From NCBI GenBank assembly GCA_965218585.1, contig CBDCLE010000019.1, forward strand, positions 133,603 to 197,602: DNA of 64,000 nt. The letters run 5' to 3'. Position numbers and translations under genes: made by a program. Under the pieces are notes generated by a model, which saw only the letters and a list, made by a program, of their open reading frames with translations, ran no database searches and was not told the DNA's origin. How positions within the stretch are numbered: position 1 is the stretch's first letter; each line of letters begins with the position of its first letter. Shown here piece after piece: positions 1-11,557 of this stretch. Origin of the DNA: Terriglobia bacterium (GTDB lineage Bacteria > Acidobacteriota > Terriglobia > 20CM-2-55-15).

Positions 1-510
1 GTCACAGCGACTTCCATGGGAAAGACAGTGCCATCGGCGCGACGTCCGGGAACCTCCATCGGCCCGTCGCGCCACGACCGCGGAAAAACAGAATCGATCG
101 CGGTCGCTGGCGACTTTTTGTGCTCCGGCAGATCGAGAAGCACCGACACCGGCTGATCCAGTAACTGCTCGCGACCGTAGCCGAACATCGTCACGGCCGT
201 CGGATTCACGGACGTGATCGAGAGGGCGTCGTTCGTAAACGTGATGATCGTGTCGGTGGCCGTTCGAACGATCGCTTCGGCCTTGGCGGCAGCTTGCTGA
301 AGCCGATCCATCACGTAGTTGTATCGCTGGGCGATTTGGCCGACGTCCGTGAACGGCTCGACGGGCACTCGCATGTCCATGTCGCCGGCCTTTGCCTGTC
401 GGTCCATCGCATGAAACAGATCCAACAGTTCGGTCGTCGCACCGTGTTCTGAAACGTTCAAGCCGATGTGTTCGTCCGCTATCGCCACACGCATCGGAAC
501 GAAGCGGTTG
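1..510 (-). CDS. 5'-truncated sensor fusion: ammonium-transporter (Amt) C-terminal tail, HAMP-like linker and PAS domain; runs off the left edge
   Basis: Manual translation, absent from the ORF track: [24 protein letters not shown] (Amt C-tail motif RV..E..GL..SEHG), [24 protein letters not shown] (HAMP-like), [12 protein letters not shown]...[15 protein letters not shown] (PAS/PAC). The frame is open to position 1. No Amt transmembrane helices are visible upstream of ~520. Confidence 0.75.
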
Positions 511-3500
511 ACCGAAAGGACGACGTTCCGGATCGGTGAGGGCCTTCCAGGAAGAGTCCTGGAATCGGGAGAGCCCGCATGGATTGCCGATGTGCAAGCG
601 GATCGGAACTTTCTCCGTAACAGGCTGGCGTTAGATATCGCTGTTCGAAGCGCCTTCGCTTTCCCCGTCAAGGTTCGCGGGAAGACACTGGCGATTCTGG
701 CATTCTTCACAAATCACCCTCAACCTGAAGACGAGAAGTTTCTCGGTATCGTGAGCAATCTGGGCAAACAACTCGGACGCGTAGTCGAACGTAAGCGAAT
801 CGAGGAGGCTCTTGGTGCAGAAGAAGAACGATTTCGCACTGTGACCACGGCGGCACAGAACGCAATCGTAATGATTGACCAGATGGGGCAGGTCACGCTC
901 TGGAATCCGGCAGCTGAGCGGATTTTCGGGTGGTCCGAGTCGGAGACTCTGGGGCGATCGGTGGAAAGCTTTCTTATCCCTCAAGATTACCGGGACGCTC
1001 ATCTCCAAGGTTTTGGAAATTACCTGCAGACCGGACGAGAAAAGACCATCGGCAGGACGATGGAACTGGAAGCCTTGACGAAGGAAGGCAAGATCATCCC
1101 GGTAGATCTGTCGTTATCCGGAATTCAACTCAAAGGTGAACGGTGCGCGATCGGAATCTTGAACGACATCACCGAACGAGTCGCGGCCCGCCGTGGCCTG
1201 GAACAGGCCAAGAATGAAGCGACACTCCTCCACCGTGGCAGCGAGATGGCCGCACAGGCCGATTCCGTGGATGATGCCCTGGAACAAGTTATTGATATGG
1301 TCTGCGAATTGACGGGATGGCTCGGCGGCCACGTTTATCGAGCCTCACCCTCCGACGAGAACGAGCTTGTTTCTACCGGAATCATTCACATTCTTGATCC
1401 GGAAATACAGGGTTCGCTCGACGAAATAACCCGGCGCACAACCTACAAGGTCGGTGAGGGCCTACCTGGACGAATCTTGGAATCCGGGGAACCCCTCTGG
1501 ATTGCCGACTTCAAGAACTTTCCGGAGGGTCCGCGTACCAGAGCTGCACTTGCTGCCGGTATGCGGAGCGCGTTCGGTTTTCCCGTAAAAGTGCGTGGCC
1601 GAACCGTGGCAGTGCTCGAGTTCATCTCCGATCAGCCGCGGCCAGCCGACGAGAGTTTGCTGCGAACTGTGGGACATCTCGGCAAGCAGCTTGGCCGGGT
1701 TCTGGAACGCAAACGCATGCAGGAAGAGTTGCGCGAGGCTAGGGACGAAGCGGAAGCCAACAGGGCAAAAAGCGATTTTCTGGCGCGAATGAGCCACGAA
1801 ATCCGGACACCGATGAACGCAATAATCGGTATGGGACACCTGGCGCTTCGGACCGAGCTGACGCCGAAACAACACGATTACGTCAGCAAGATCCAGATCT
1901 CGTCGCGTTCACTGCTCGGCATCATCAACGACATACTCGAATTTTCAAAGATCGAAGCCGGCAAGCTGGAACTCGAGTCCGTCGAATTCAGCCTCGAAGA
2001 AGTTTTGGACAACGTTTCCAATCTGGTGAGCTTGCAGGCAGAAGAGAAAGGCTTGGAGGTGCTGTTCCAGACCGAAGCGGATGTTCCGATGTCGCTGGTT
2101 GGGGACCCGTTGCGAGTGGGGCAGGTTTTGACGAATCTCTGCAGCAATGCGGTGAAGTTTACAGAACAGGGCGAGATCGTCATAGCGACAAAGGTTGTCG
2201 GAAAGACTGTGGGGAAAACCACACTGCAGTTTTCAGTAAAAGACACCGGGATCGGTTTGACCGCCGAACAGCAATCGCGGTTGTTCGAATCATTCAGTCA
2301 GGCCGACACCACGACGACGCGGCGTTACGATGGGACAGGTCTGGGACTGGCAATCTGCAAGCGGTTGTCGGAGATGATGGGTGGCGAGATCTGGGTGGAA
2401 AGCAAGCCCGGCGCGGGTTCCACCTTTGCCTTCACGGCTTGGTTCGGACGGTCCCAACAGGATGTCCGAGGCGATTTGGTGGCCGGGCCAAGAATGCGTG
2501 ATTTGAAGGCCCTTGTCGTCGACGATAACGCGAGTGCGCGTCAAATCCTGAGTGAAACGCTCGAATCCTTTACGCTCAAAGTAACGGCGGTTGAGTCCGG
2601 AGAACGGGCGATCGAGGCACTTGAAGGCGCCACGACTGAAAAACCGTACGACCTGGTTCTCATGGACTGGCGTATGCCTGGAATGGACGGGATTGAAGCG
2701 ACCCGCCGGATTAAGCGATCGGAGACATTGAGGGAGATTCCCCACGTACTGATGGTCACAGCTTACGGACGAGAAGAAGTGAGGGCGCAAGCCAGCGCCG
2801 CTGGCGTGGATGCCTTCCTGATAAAGCCTGTCGGTCGGTCTGTTCTTTTCGACACGGTCATGCAACTGTTTGGGCACGAGGTAATGCGGACCCGCCGTAA
2901 GGTTAGAAGGCGCGTTGATATCGAAGGGCTCCGGCATCTGGGTGGGGCAAGGATACTTCTTGTGGAAGACAACGAAATCAATCAGCAGGCGGCTAAGGAG
3001 ATCCTCGAGCAAGCGGGTCTGGTCGTCGAGATCGCAGAGAACGGTCGGTTGGGTGTCGAGTCGGTGACTTCAGGTGAATACGATCTAGTCTTGATGGATG
3101 TCCGGATGCCGAAGATGGATGGGCTTGAGGCGACACGCCGAATCCGAGCGTTGGCTGATGAACTGGAAGAGCCCCGATTCCGCGACCTGCCGATCGTCGC
3201 GATGACCGCAAACGCGATGGCCGGCGATCGAGAAAAGAGTATCGCTGCAGGGATGAACGATCACATCAACAAGCCGATCGATCCCAATGAACTGTTTGCT
3301 GCTCTGACGATATTTATCCAGGCACCCGCGCGGGAAACAGCGACAGGTGAACGCCAACTGGTAGAAGAAGAAACCCACGACTTTCTTGATGTTGCGGCAA
3401 TCGATGCCGTCCAGGCCCTGGCACGTATCGGGGGGAACAGGGCTCTCTATACGTCGTTAGTGGAGAAGTTTTCTTTCGATCAGTCGCGTTCGGTTGACGA

Positions 3501-4170
3501 TATTCGATCGGCACTCGAAGGTCAGGATCGTGAATTGGCGGTTCGACTTGCCCACACCCTGAAGGGTGTGGCTGGAAATATCGGGGCGATGGGGTTGTAT
3601 TCGATTGCCGGTTCACTGGAGACCGCGATCCGAGGTCCTTCCCCCGACGCCGTGTCCTCGCATCTGGAAGCCTTACAGGCAGAACTGACGAAGGTGATCG
3701 ATTCCGCCGATCTGCTGATGCAAGAATTACACGAGACGTTGGCAACTGCCGATCCCACGTCTTCGGTAAAAATCAACACTACAGCCAAGATCCTCGTTGT
3801 AGAGGACCACATGATCAACCGGGAAGTTCTTCTTGCTCTGTTGGAAGAACTGGGACTCTCTGCGGATGTCGCCGAAAACGGCAAAGAAGCCTTAGAGAAG
3901 TGCGAAAGCCAGAACTATGACCTGATCCTGAGCGATATCCATATGCCCGAAATGGATGGCATTCAGTTTGTTCATGAGCTTCGGCGTAGAGAAAGAGATG
4001 GGCTGAGGAGAACGACGGTGATCGCAGTCACGGCGCACGTGACCAAGGATGATGCAGAAAAGACGCTCGCGGAGGGATTCGACGAATGTGTAGCGAAGCC
4101 GGTGGATCCGGAGGTGCTCGAAAAGGTCCTTCGGTCGAACGTTGGTGTGGTTAAGGGAGAGGCTTCATGA
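466..4170 (+). CDS. Hybrid sensor histidine kinase (partial GAF-PAS-GAF-HisKA-HATPase-REC-REC-Hpt-REC); true N-terminus missing, homology starts ~508
   Basis: H-box [15 protein letters not shown]-box [11 protein letters not shown]-boxes DTGIG and GTGLGL, three receiver motifs (LMDWRMP, LMDVRMP, LSDIHMP), Hpt AHTLKGVAG, two GEGLPGR GAF repeats. Confidence 0.9.
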   Translation: MCSSAIATRIGTKRLTERTTFRIGEGLPGRVLESGEPAWIADVQADRNFLRNRLALDIAVRSAFAFPVKVRGKTLAILAFFTNHPQPEDEKFLGIVSNLGKQLGRVVERKRIEEALGAEEERFRTVTTAAQNAIVMIDQMGQVTLWNPAAERIFGWSESETLGRSVESFLIPQDYRDAHLQGFGNYLQTGREKTIGRTMELEALTKEGKIIPVDLSLSGIQLKGERCAIGILNDITERVAARRGLEQAKNEATLLHRGSEMAAQADSVDDALEQVIDMVCELTGWLGGHVYRASPSDENELVSTGIIHILDPEIQGSLDEITRRTTYKVGEGLPGRILESGEPLWIADFKNFPEGPRTRAALAAGMRSAFGFPVKVRGRTVAVLEFISDQPRPADESLLRTVGHLGKQLGRVLERKRMQEELREARDEAEANRAKSDFLARMSHEIRTPMNAIIGMGHLALRTELTPKQHDYVSKIQISSRSLLGIINDILEFSKIEAGKLELESVEFSLEEVLDNVSNLVSLQAEEKGLEVLFQTEADVPMSLVGDPLRVGQVLTNLCSNAVKFTEQGEIVIATKVVGKTVGKTTLQFSVKDTGIGLTAEQQSRLFESFSQADTTTTRRYDGTGLGLAICKRLSEMMGGEIWVESKPGAGSTFAFTAWFGRSQQDVRGDLVAGPRMRDLKALVVDDNASARQILSETLESFTLKVTAVESGERAIEALEGATTEKPYDLVLMDWRMPGMDGIEATRRIKRSETLREIPHVLMVTAYGREEVRAQASAAGVDAFLIKPVGRSVLFDTVMQLFGHEVMRTRRKVRRRVDIEGLRHLGGARILLVEDNEINQQAAKEILEQAGLVVEIAENGRLGVESVTSGEYDLVLMDVRMPKMDGLEATRRIRALADELEEPRFRDLPIVAMTANAMAGDREKSIAAGMNDHINKPIDPNELFAALTIFIQAPARETATGERQLVEEETHDFLDVAAIDAVQALARIGGNRALYTSLVEKFSFDQSRSVDDIRSALEGQDRELAVRLAHTLKGVAGNIGAMGLYSIAGSLETAIRGPSPDAVSSHLEALQAELTKVIDSADLLMQELHETLATADPTSSVKINTTAKILVVEDHMINREVLLALLEELGLSADVAENGKEALEKCESQNYDLILSDIHMPEMDGIQFVHELRRRERDGLRRTTVIAVTAHVTKDDAEKTLAEGFDECVAKPVDPEVLEKVLRSNVGVVKGEAS

Positions 4171-5366
4171 CCGATCAGCCAGAACCTTCTGGCAATAGCA
4201 ACGCGATTGACTTCACACAGTTGGAGCGGACGGTCAAGGATCCGGATCGCCGCAAGAAGATCTTGGAGCAATACGTGACGGGGAATCGATCGGATGTGCG
4301 TGCGCTCAAGGAAGTTGTCGAATCCCGGGATCCGGGCCGGATCCAGCGGGCCGCGCATCGTATCAAGGGTGCGGCAAGAGTCGTGGGAGCCAAGGCGCTA
4401 GCAGACGCAAGTTACACACTCGAACTGGCGGGCCGGAACGGAAATCTCGACGACGTTGAGGAAAAGCTCGATCGTGTCATGGAAGAAATTGCCCGTGTCG
4501 AACGTGAGGTGGGCCGTTCGACTGGATTTCATCTTGCAGATTCCACCTCCACGACCTCGGAGCCTGCTGGCGCACCGGCACAGGACGACACCAGCGCGCT
4601 GATCGTGGAACCGCAGCAGATGCTGGTCGACCTTCTCGTACGGACCCTGAAGAACGCAAAGCTGAACGTAGAGGGCGCGACATCGATAAGGGAAGCAACC
4701 CGTCTGTTTGAAAAACTCAGGCCCGACCTCGTCGTGGTCGACCCCGAGCTGGAAGGTGCAGCTTCATTTGTTCAGATGATCCGTGGTGGGCTGAAACCTC
4801 CAACCCTGGTGGCCCTGGTGGAATCCGAAGACGCGCGGCAGCCTGCACAGGAATTGGGCATCGAGATTACGGCGGATCGAAGCGCGGGATTGGAATCGTT
4901 GACCACCGCTATCCGCTCTTCTGTGGATCTGGATCTTGCCGTTGAAAGCGGTGAGGAGGGTAGGGAGCGCATCCTTGTCGTGGATGACGATGACACAATA
5001 CGGAAAATCGTAACCGAAAATCTTCGAAGTATGGGCTACGTCGTATCGGGCGCGAGAAGCGGGATAGAAGCATTAGCGACCCTCGCAAACAATAGCGCGA
5101 TCAAAGTTGTCCTTATGGACGTGTCGATGCCGGAAATGGGAGGGATGGAGGCGCTCGGTGAGATCGTCAGGAAGCAGCCACACCCGGAAGTGATCATGTT
5201 GACAGGTATCGAAGACAAGGAGATTGCGCAGCAAGCCATTCAGCACGGAGCGTTCGACTACGTCCTGAAATCCTCAGATCTCGCAACTCTCGAATCTAGT
5301 ATCACGGCGGCATGCATTCATCACGCAGAGTATCAGAAACGACCGTGGTGGAAGAGGATCCTCTAG
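4167..5366 (+). CDS. Hpt-REC-REC phosphorelay protein
   Basis: [13 protein letters not shown] Hpt motif; receiver motifs VVVDP and ILVVDDD...LMDVSMP; ATGA overlap with the kinase gene. Confidence 0.85.
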   Translation: MTDQPEPSGNSNAIDFTQLERTVKDPDRRKKILEQYVTGNRSDVRALKEVVESRDPGRIQRAAHRIKGAARVVGAKALADASYTLELAGRNGNLDDVEEKLDRVMEEIARVEREVGRSTGFHLADSTSTTSEPAGAPAQDDTSALIVEPQQMLVDLLVRTLKNAKLNVEGATSIREATRLFEKLRPDLVVVDPELEGAASFVQMIRGGLKPPTLVALVESEDARQPAQELGIEITADRSAGLESLTTAIRSSVDLDLAVESGEEGRERILVVDDDDTIRKIVTENLRSMGYVVSGARSGIEALATLANNSAIKVVLMDVSMPEMGGMEALGEIVRKQPHPEVIMLTGIEDKEIAQQAIQHGAFDYVLKSSDLATLESSITAACIHHAEYQKRPWWKRIL

Positions 5367-5460
5367 AGAGCCTAGAGAGCCGATTACATTTTGCTCCGTT
5401 GAAGATCAGTGCGCGGATTCATCTCGACTGCCAATACGATGGATCGGAAATAGTAAGCCA

Positions 5461-6483
5461 ATGAACCAAAACCACCCGAAAGCGAGAATCCTTCTCGTGG
5501 ACGATGTCATGGAAAACATTCAGATCGCCGGCACCATTCTCAAAGAGAAGGGCTATCGGTTAAACACCGCGCGCAACGGCAAGCAGGCTCTGGAGGTCGT
5601 CGAGATGACGATTCCGGATCTCATCCTTTTGGACATCATGATGCCGGAAATGGATGGGTATGAATGCTGCGACCAACTAAAGAAGAATGAGAGAACCAAG
5701 GACATTCCGATCATCTTCCTAACCGCAATTACAGAGGCTGCAAAGATCGTGCACGGCCTTGAACATGGGGCTGTCGATTACATCATCAAGCCCTTCAATG
5801 CGTCAGAACTAGTCTCACGGATCAAAACACACCTCGACCTCCGCCAAGCCCGTCTGGACCTAGAGAGCCTGACTCAAAAAGCTTCTCGATACATTTCTCC
5901 GCATGTCTTTGACGCGATTTTCAAGGGCGAAAAAGATGCCGTGCTTGAAACTGAGCAGAAACGGTTGACAATTCTCTTCTCAGACATTGTTGGGTTCACC
6001 GAGCGAACGGAGACAATGGGAGACAAAGAGTTGACCCGGTGGTTGAACGACTACTGCGACGAAATGGCCAAACTCGTGCTGCAACATGGTGGCACGCTTG
6101 ACAAGTTCATTGGCGACAGTGTCATGGCGTTCTTTGGCGACCCGGTATCCGCTGGTGTGAAGGAAGACGCAGTTTCGTGCATCCGAATGGCCATCGAAAT
6201 GAATCAGGTTGTCGAAGCTATGGGCATCCAGGTTCGAATCGGAGTGAATAGTGGCTCGGCCTACGTGGGAAACTTCGGAACCGAACAGCAAATGAACTAC
6301 ACCATAATTGGCAAAGCTGTAAATGCCGCGTCACGTCTTCAAACCTCCTGCGAACCGGGAAAGATTTTGATTTCGCAGACCACTTACGATTTCGTGAAAG
6401 ACGATTTCTGGTGCAACGAGCGAGGCCTTATCAAGGTCAAGGGTTTCGCGGACGAAATCATGACTTACTGGGTCAATGGCTGA
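5461..6483 (+). CDS. Response regulator fused to class III adenylate cyclase
   Basis: REC (ILLVDD, LLDIMMP) plus ILFSDIVGFT, LDKFIGDSVM (Lys indicates ATP specificity), YTIIGKAVNAASRL. Confidence 0.9.
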   Translation: MNQNHPKARILLVDDVMENIQIAGTILKEKGYRLNTARNGKQALEVVEMTIPDLILLDIMMPEMDGYECCDQLKKNERTKDIPIIFLTAITEAAKIVHGLEHGAVDYIIKPFNASELVSRIKTHLDLRQARLDLESLTQKASRYISPHVFDAIFKGEKDAVLETEQKRLTILFSDIVGFTERTETMGDKELTRWLNDYCDEMAKLVLQHGGTLDKFIGDSVMAFFGDPVSAGVKEDAVSCIRMAIEMNQVVEAMGIQVRIGVNSGSAYVGNFGTEQQMNYTIIGKAVNAASRLQTSCEPGKILISQTTYDFVKDDFWCNERGLIKVKGFADEIMTYWVNG

Positions 6484-6615
6484 CCCAATGAACTGAACAT
6501 CATCAATGAGCTCCGAGAGGAACGCAACGTAGGCCAGAGGTTGTCACACGTCTGAGGGTTCGAGAGGCTCTTCCAGTCTAGGCCTGCGCCGCGCTGTTTG
6601 TTAGGATTTGAGTCT

Positions 6616-7977
6616 ATGCCTCCAACAACCAAACGCTTTGCCTCGGTCCTGTGCGTGATCGGTGTTGTCCTGACACCTGCATTGGCGCAAAACGTCGACA
6701 GCGAGACTGCGCTCTCTCTACCCTCCCCGCTCGTCTACGAAGAACATCAATTAGACAACGGTCTGAAGGTGATCACACACGAAGATCACTCCACTCCGGT
6801 CGTGAACGTCCAGCTCTGGTATCACGTGGGAGCCAAGAACGAAGTGGAGGGACGGACCGGTTTCGCGCATCTGTTTGAGCACCTCATGTTCCAGGGTTCG
6901 GGGAGCGTGGCTCCCGGCCAACACGACGCCTTGATCAACGGTGTTGGCTGCGTAATGAACGCCTATACCACCGACGACGTCACCGTTTATTGGGAGACCG
7001 TGCCTTCGAACTATCTGGAGCGTGTTCTCTGGCTCGAGGCCGACCGAATGCGGTCGCTCGACGTTTCGGATGAGAAATTCACCTCCGAGCGGGAGGTGGT
7101 CAAGGAAGAACGCCGTGTACGAGTCGAAAGTCCTCCTTACGGCGATCTCTTCGAAACGCTTTACGCAACCGCTTTCGACGTCCATCCCTACCGCCACACT
7201 CCAATCGGCAGCATGGAGGACCTGGACAACTCGACAGTCGAAGAGGTCCGCGATTTCTTCGAAACGTATTACGCGCCTTCGAATGCTTACCTCGTCATTG
7301 CGGGGGATTTTGGCACCGAGCAGGCTATGGCGTGGATTGAAGAATACTTTGGGGATATTCCGTCCGGCCAGGGCACAGTCCCACGCGTTGACGTAAGGGA
7401 ACCCGCACATGAAGAGGAACGCCGGATCGTTCGGGAGAAGGCAGTGCCCCTGTCGGCATACGTTGCAGGCTACTACATCCCGGAAGACGGTCATCCAGAC
7501 TCGTATCCTCTCGTGATCGCCTCGAGCATTCTCGCAGAGGGACGCAGTTCACGGATCTACACGTCCCTGGTATACGAAACCCAACTCGCTCTCCAGGCTG
7601 ACTCCGGCGCGAGTTTTCGCGAACATCCAAATCTCTTCTTCGCGATCCTGATTATGAACCAGGGGGCCTCGATCGAAGAAGGTGAGTCTGTGATGAACGC
7701 CGAGTTCGAACGAATGATGGAAGAACCGGTCACCGACGCGGAGCTGGACAAGGCCAAGAATCAAATGCGGGCGTCCTACATTATGGGCCGGCAGTCCGTC
7801 GAGGATAAGGCAGGCGCACTGGGACATGCCGCCGTGATCCACCAGGATACAGCCTCGGCGAACGATGAACTTTCACTCTTCCTGAACGTGACGGCCGAAG
7901 ACATCATGCGCGTCGTTCGCCAGTACCTGGATCCCAATAACCGAACCGTTCTCAGCGTGGTACCTCCCGGAGCATAA
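6616..7977 (+). CDS. M16 (pitrilysin-like) zinc peptidase, catalytic subunit, exported
   Basis: GFAHLFEHLMF (HxxEH), EREVVKEERR, signal peptide. Confidence 0.9.
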   Translation: MPPTTKRFASVLCVIGVVLTPALAQNVDSETALSLPSPLVYEEHQLDNGLKVITHEDHSTPVVNVQLWYHVGAKNEVEGRTGFAHLFEHLMFQGSGSVAPGQHDALINGVGCVMNAYTTDDVTVYWETVPSNYLERVLWLEADRMRSLDVSDEKFTSEREVVKEERRVRVESPPYGDLFETLYATAFDVHPYRHTPIGSMEDLDNSTVEEVRDFFETYYAPSNAYLVIAGDFGTEQAMAWIEEYFGDIPSGQGTVPRVDVREPAHEEERRIVREKAVPLSAYVAGYYIPEDGHPDSYPLVIASSILAEGRSSRIYTSLVYETQLALQADSGASFREHPNLFFAILIMNQGASIEEGESVMNAEFERMMEEPVTDAELDKAKNQMRASYIMGRQSVEDKAGALGHAAVIHQDTASANDELSLFLNVTAEDIMRVVRQYLDPNNRTVLSVVPPGA

Positions 7978-7985
7978 GATCGACG

Positions 7986-9434
7986 ATGCGAAGCCTTCTC
8001 GGTTTGACGATTATCTGCGGCTTCCTTGGTGCCGGTCTCGCCACAGATGCCCAGACGCAGGAACCACCCCCAGCCCAGCCGCTCGGCCGTGTGGACTTTC
8101 CACCGTACGAAGAACGGACACTGGAGAACGGTCTGCGCGTGTTTGCTCTCGAACATGACGAGCAACCGGTTGTCTCGATCCAACTGATCATCGCCGCCGG
8201 GGGCGGCAACGATCCGGAGGAGCTTCCGGGACTCGCAACATTCGCCACAGATCTCCTTATGAGTGGAACAACCACTCGAACAGCGCAGGAAATCGCCGAA
8301 GTGATCGATTCGGCAGGCGGCGACATATCGACGCGTGCGGCTCGAGAGGCCATCATCGTCTCCGCTTCGGTTCTGACAGACAGCACAGACCTGGCATTCG
8401 AATTGTTGCAGGACATCGTGCTCGACCCCGCGTATGCGCCAGAGGAAATCGAACGCCTCCGCCAGCAAACCGCTTCCTCCATGGCCTCAAACCTTCAAGA
8501 CCCGAACTTCATCGCCGACACCGTCTTCAACATGGCGCTCTATGGAAACCATCCCTATGGCCATCCGGCTGGTGGGACGCCGGCATCCATCCAAAGCATC
8601 CAGAGAGACGACATTGTCCGGTACCACGAGACTCACTTTGTGCCCAACAACACGGTCATCGTCGTCGCGGGGGCCTTGGAATCTTCCGAAGCATTCCGAC
8701 TCGTAGAAGAGTGGTTCGGTGCCTGGGAACAACGGGAAACCGAGTCGCTGGACCTCGGGCTGGCCAACACGCTGGACGTCCGACGCATCATCGTTATCGA
8801 CAATCCTGAAAGCGTCCAGACTGAGATTCGGGTGGGCCAGACCATGGTCTCGCGAACGGACCCGGAATACTTTCCGATTCTCGTTGCGAGCGATGTCCTG
8901 GGAGGACCACAGGGTCGCATCGGGGATTCCCTGAGAGAGGAACGCGGACTGACCTACGGCGCGTACGAGACGATCATTCCCCGGATCGGACCCGGGAGCC
9001 TCTATGCGGGAACCGAGACCCGGACCGAGGCCACGGTCAAGGCAATCGAACTGATCCTGGCCGAAATAGAAAGACTACAGACCGAGCGAGTCTCCGAAGA
9101 CGAATTGGAAGAAGTGAAGGCTTTCCTGATCGGCAGCTTTCCCCTCACGATCGAGACTCCCGACAATCTGGCCGCCCGGCTGGCAAACCTTTCGGTGTAT
9201 GACCTTGGAGCAGACTACCTCGCTACGTATAGAGACGAACTGGCGGCCATCGGCTCAGACGACGTCGCACGGGTCGCGCGTGAACAGATCCGCGACGACG
9301 CTGTCCTCATCGTGCTCTTCGGAAACGCGGCTGCTTTCCTTGAAGAACTCCAGTCTCTGGGACCGGTTGAAGTGATTCCCCTGTCCGGATTAGATCTGGA
9401 TTCGCCCACCCTCGGACTCACCGAGGTGCCCTAA
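7986..9434 (+). CDS. M16 peptidase, non-catalytic partner subunit
   Basis: LENGLRV start, LREERGLTYG motif, no HxxEH; directly follows the catalytic subunit. Confidence 0.85.
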   Translation: MRSLLGLTIICGFLGAGLATDAQTQEPPPAQPLGRVDFPPYEERTLENGLRVFALEHDEQPVVSIQLIIAAGGGNDPEELPGLATFATDLLMSGTTTRTAQEIAEVIDSAGGDISTRAAREAIIVSASVLTDSTDLAFELLQDIVLDPAYAPEEIERLRQQTASSMASNLQDPNFIADTVFNMALYGNHPYGHPAGGTPASIQSIQRDDIVRYHETHFVPNNTVIVVAGALESSEAFRLVEEWFGAWEQRETESLDLGLANTLDVRRIIVIDNPESVQTEIRVGQTMVSRTDPEYFPILVASDVLGGPQGRIGDSLREERGLTYGAYETIIPRIGPGSLYAGTETRTEATVKAIELILAEIERLQTERVSEDELEEVKAFLIGSFPLTIETPDNLAARLANLSVYDLGADYLATYRDELAAIGSDDVARVAREQIRDDAVLIVLFGNAAAFLEELQSLGPVEVIPLSGLDLDSPTLGLTEVP

Positions 9435-9441
9435 CCCCTCG

Positions 9442-10776
9442 ATGGGAAGCTCTCCGACCCCGAAAGGCGATCCCGACAATATCTTCGGGTGGTGCATGTA
9501 CGACTGGGCCAACTCGGCGTACGTCACGACCGTTTCGGTAGGTTTGCTCGGCGCCTACATGCTCAACGTTGTGGTTCCCGAATCCGGAGTCCGCCTCTTC
9601 GGGATCGACTTCGGCGCAGCGAGTCTGTTTCCGTTTGCGGTTGGCGTTTCCGCAGCCGTCACCTTTCTGATCGCTCCGGTGCTGGGCGCGATCGCCGATT
9701 TTTCGGGTTCCAAGAAACGCTTCCTGCTGTTCTTCGCTTATATGGGAGCACTGGCAACGATTCCCCTGTACTTCTCAGGAACCGGAGACGTTGTATTCAC
9801 CCTGCTCCTCTTCGTCATAGCCCAGACTGCCTTCGTCGCCGCAAACGTTTTCTACGACGCTTTTCTCCCAAATATCGCATCCGAAGAAAACATGGATCGC
9901 GTCTCGGCAAAGGGATATGCCTATGGCTACGTGGGAGGCGGAATCCAGTTTGCGATGAGTTTGCTGCTGGTTGTTGGATATGAGCAGGTCGGAATAACAC
10001 AGGAAAGGGCCGTTCAGATCGGTATGGCGACCGCCGGCATCTGGTGGGCCGGTTTCACGCTATTCACCGTCCGCTACCTCAAGGAAGCCCGCACTGAAAC
10101 TCCGTTGCCGAAGGCGTACCTCCAGAGGGGAAGCGTACTCGGATATCTGTCCCTCGGAATCGCACGGACGATTCGAACGACGCGTAAGGTGGGGCAGTTC
10201 CGCCATCTGGTTCTGTTTCTCGTCTCCTTCATGCTCTACAACGACGGAATCCAGACGGTGCTCTTTGTGGCTAACCTGTACGGAGCCGACGAACTTGGAT
10301 TGGGTTATGGCGCGCTGATGGGTACTCTATTAATGATCCAGTTCGTCGCCATAGGCGGGGCTTTTCTCTTCAGCTGGCTGGCCGGCCGCGTCGGCACCAA
10401 GCGCTCGGTCATGCTGACGCTGGTCGTCTGGTCCGTGGCCGTCAGCTATGCCTACTTCATCGAAACAGCGACGGAGTTTTTCATACTGGGCGGCGTCATC
10501 GGTGTCGTGCTTGGAGGTTCCCAGGCACTGAGCCGGTCTTTCTACGGTTCCATGATTCCGGCCGAGGCAAGTGCGGAATTTTTCGGCTTCTACTCCGTCT
10601 TTTCCAAGTTCTCCGCCATCTGGGGACCGTTCGTTTTTTCTATCATCAATCAGATCACGGGTTCCTCCCGTAACGCGATCGTCTCACTGATCGTATTCTT
10701 CGTTCTCGGGCTCGTACTGCTCTACTTCGTTGATGAAGACAAGGCGCGGCTCCGGGAAGGAGAAACGGCTTTCTGA
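9442..10776 (+). CDS. MFS transporter (UMF1/Atg22-like)
   Basis: WCMYDWANSAY, NVFYDAFLP, GGSQALSRS, EFFGFY motifs; ~12 hydrophobic segments. Confidence 0.85.
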   Translation: MGSSPTPKGDPDNIFGWCMYDWANSAYVTTVSVGLLGAYMLNVVVPESGVRLFGIDFGAASLFPFAVGVSAAVTFLIAPVLGAIADFSGSKKRFLLFFAYMGALATIPLYFSGTGDVVFTLLLFVIAQTAFVAANVFYDAFLPNIASEENMDRVSAKGYAYGYVGGGIQFAMSLLLVVGYEQVGITQERAVQIGMATAGIWWAGFTLFTVRYLKEARTETPLPKAYLQRGSVLGYLSLGIARTIRTTRKVGQFRHLVLFLVSFMLYNDGIQTVLFVANLYGADELGLGYGALMGTLLMIQFVAIGGAFLFSWLAGRVGTKRSVMLTLVVWSVAVSYAYFIETATEFFILGGVIGVVLGGSQALSRSFYGSMIPAEASAEFFGFYSVFSKFSAIWGPFVFSIINQITGSSRNAIVSLIVFFVLGLVLLYFVDEDKARLREGETAF

Positions 10777-10849
10777 GGCAAACAGTAAGAAAGACGTCTA
10801 CAACCGTCGTCCGTAACGAGAGACAAATGTAGTCGGCGATGATCGGAAG

Positions 10850-11260
10850 CTATGGCTCGACCACCGAGAGCCAATCCATCCGTTCGAAGTGCTTCGTGTC
10901 GTATGTCAGAACTTGCTTGATACTTGCGTCTCTCAGCATCACGCCGTGAAAGGCATCGATGAAATCGACGTTCTTGATAACGTACAGGTCCAACGCCTCC
11001 AGGACCATGTCGGCCGAAGGACAATCGAGGTTGGGCGTATTGAGGATCTTGCTGACCTTCTCGCTGATATCGGGCTTGGCCAACCGGTAGAACGACTCAA
11101 GGGTCCAGATGATCTCCGCGATAACGAGCAGGCTCGTCTCCAGTCGCACCCTGCCCGCGATTGCCTTCTTAAAGAGGGCCTGAGCTCGCCGGGCTTTTGA
11201 AGGATCGTCGTTAGTCAAGAAACGAAGGAAGACATTGGTATCGACGAAAAAATCAGCCAT
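10850..11260 (-). CDS. vapC: PIN-domain (VapC) toxin
   Basis: FVDTNVFLRFL, IAEIIWTL, DFIDA, LTYDTKHF: PIN acidic residues; 136 aa. Confidence 0.85.
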   Translation of the reverse strand: MADFFVDTNVFLRFLTNDDPSKARRAQALFKKAIAGRVRLETSLLVIAEIIWTLESFYRLAKPDISEKVSKILNTPNLDCPSADMVLEALDLYVIKNVDFIDAFHGVMLRDASIKQVLTYDTKHFERMDWLSVVEP

Positions 11261-11261
11261 C

Positions 11262-11504
11262 CTACGCCGTCCTGCCGGCAACATCCTCGCTGGTTGCCTC
11301 GCGCACTTTTTGAAAGTCCTCGGGTCGGTTTGTTGGTTTGACCGAACCTCTGAGTTCCAGTATGTTCCCGCGGAGCACCTTGAGGACGATTTCCTGATCG
11401 CGCTGGACGAAGAAGACCCGCTGACCTTCCGTTAGGCTGAGCGCGTCACGAATGTCCTTGGGGATCGTCACCTGCCCCTTGCGAGTAACCGTAGATGTCG
11501 ACAT
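11262..11504 (-). CDS. AbrB/MazE/SpoVT-family antitoxin
   Basis: STVTRKGQVTIPKDIRDAL swapped-hairpin motif, immediately upstream of the PIN gene. Confidence 0.88.
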   Translation of the reverse strand: MSTSTVTRKGQVTIPKDIRDALSLTEGQRVFFVQRDQEIVLKVLRGNILELRGSVKPTNRPEDFQKVREATSEDVAGRTA

Positions 11505-11526
11505 GTATTACCTCATTACCTTCTGC

Positions 11527-11557
11527 ATTACATAGTAATTCTAGTCCTACCAAGTAG
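11527..11557. promoter_or_regulatory. Putative TA autoregulatory operators
   Basis: Two palindromes with a TAC-N3-GTA core (ATTACataGTAAT and CTACcaaGTAG) just upstream of the antitoxin start. Confidence 0.55.
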
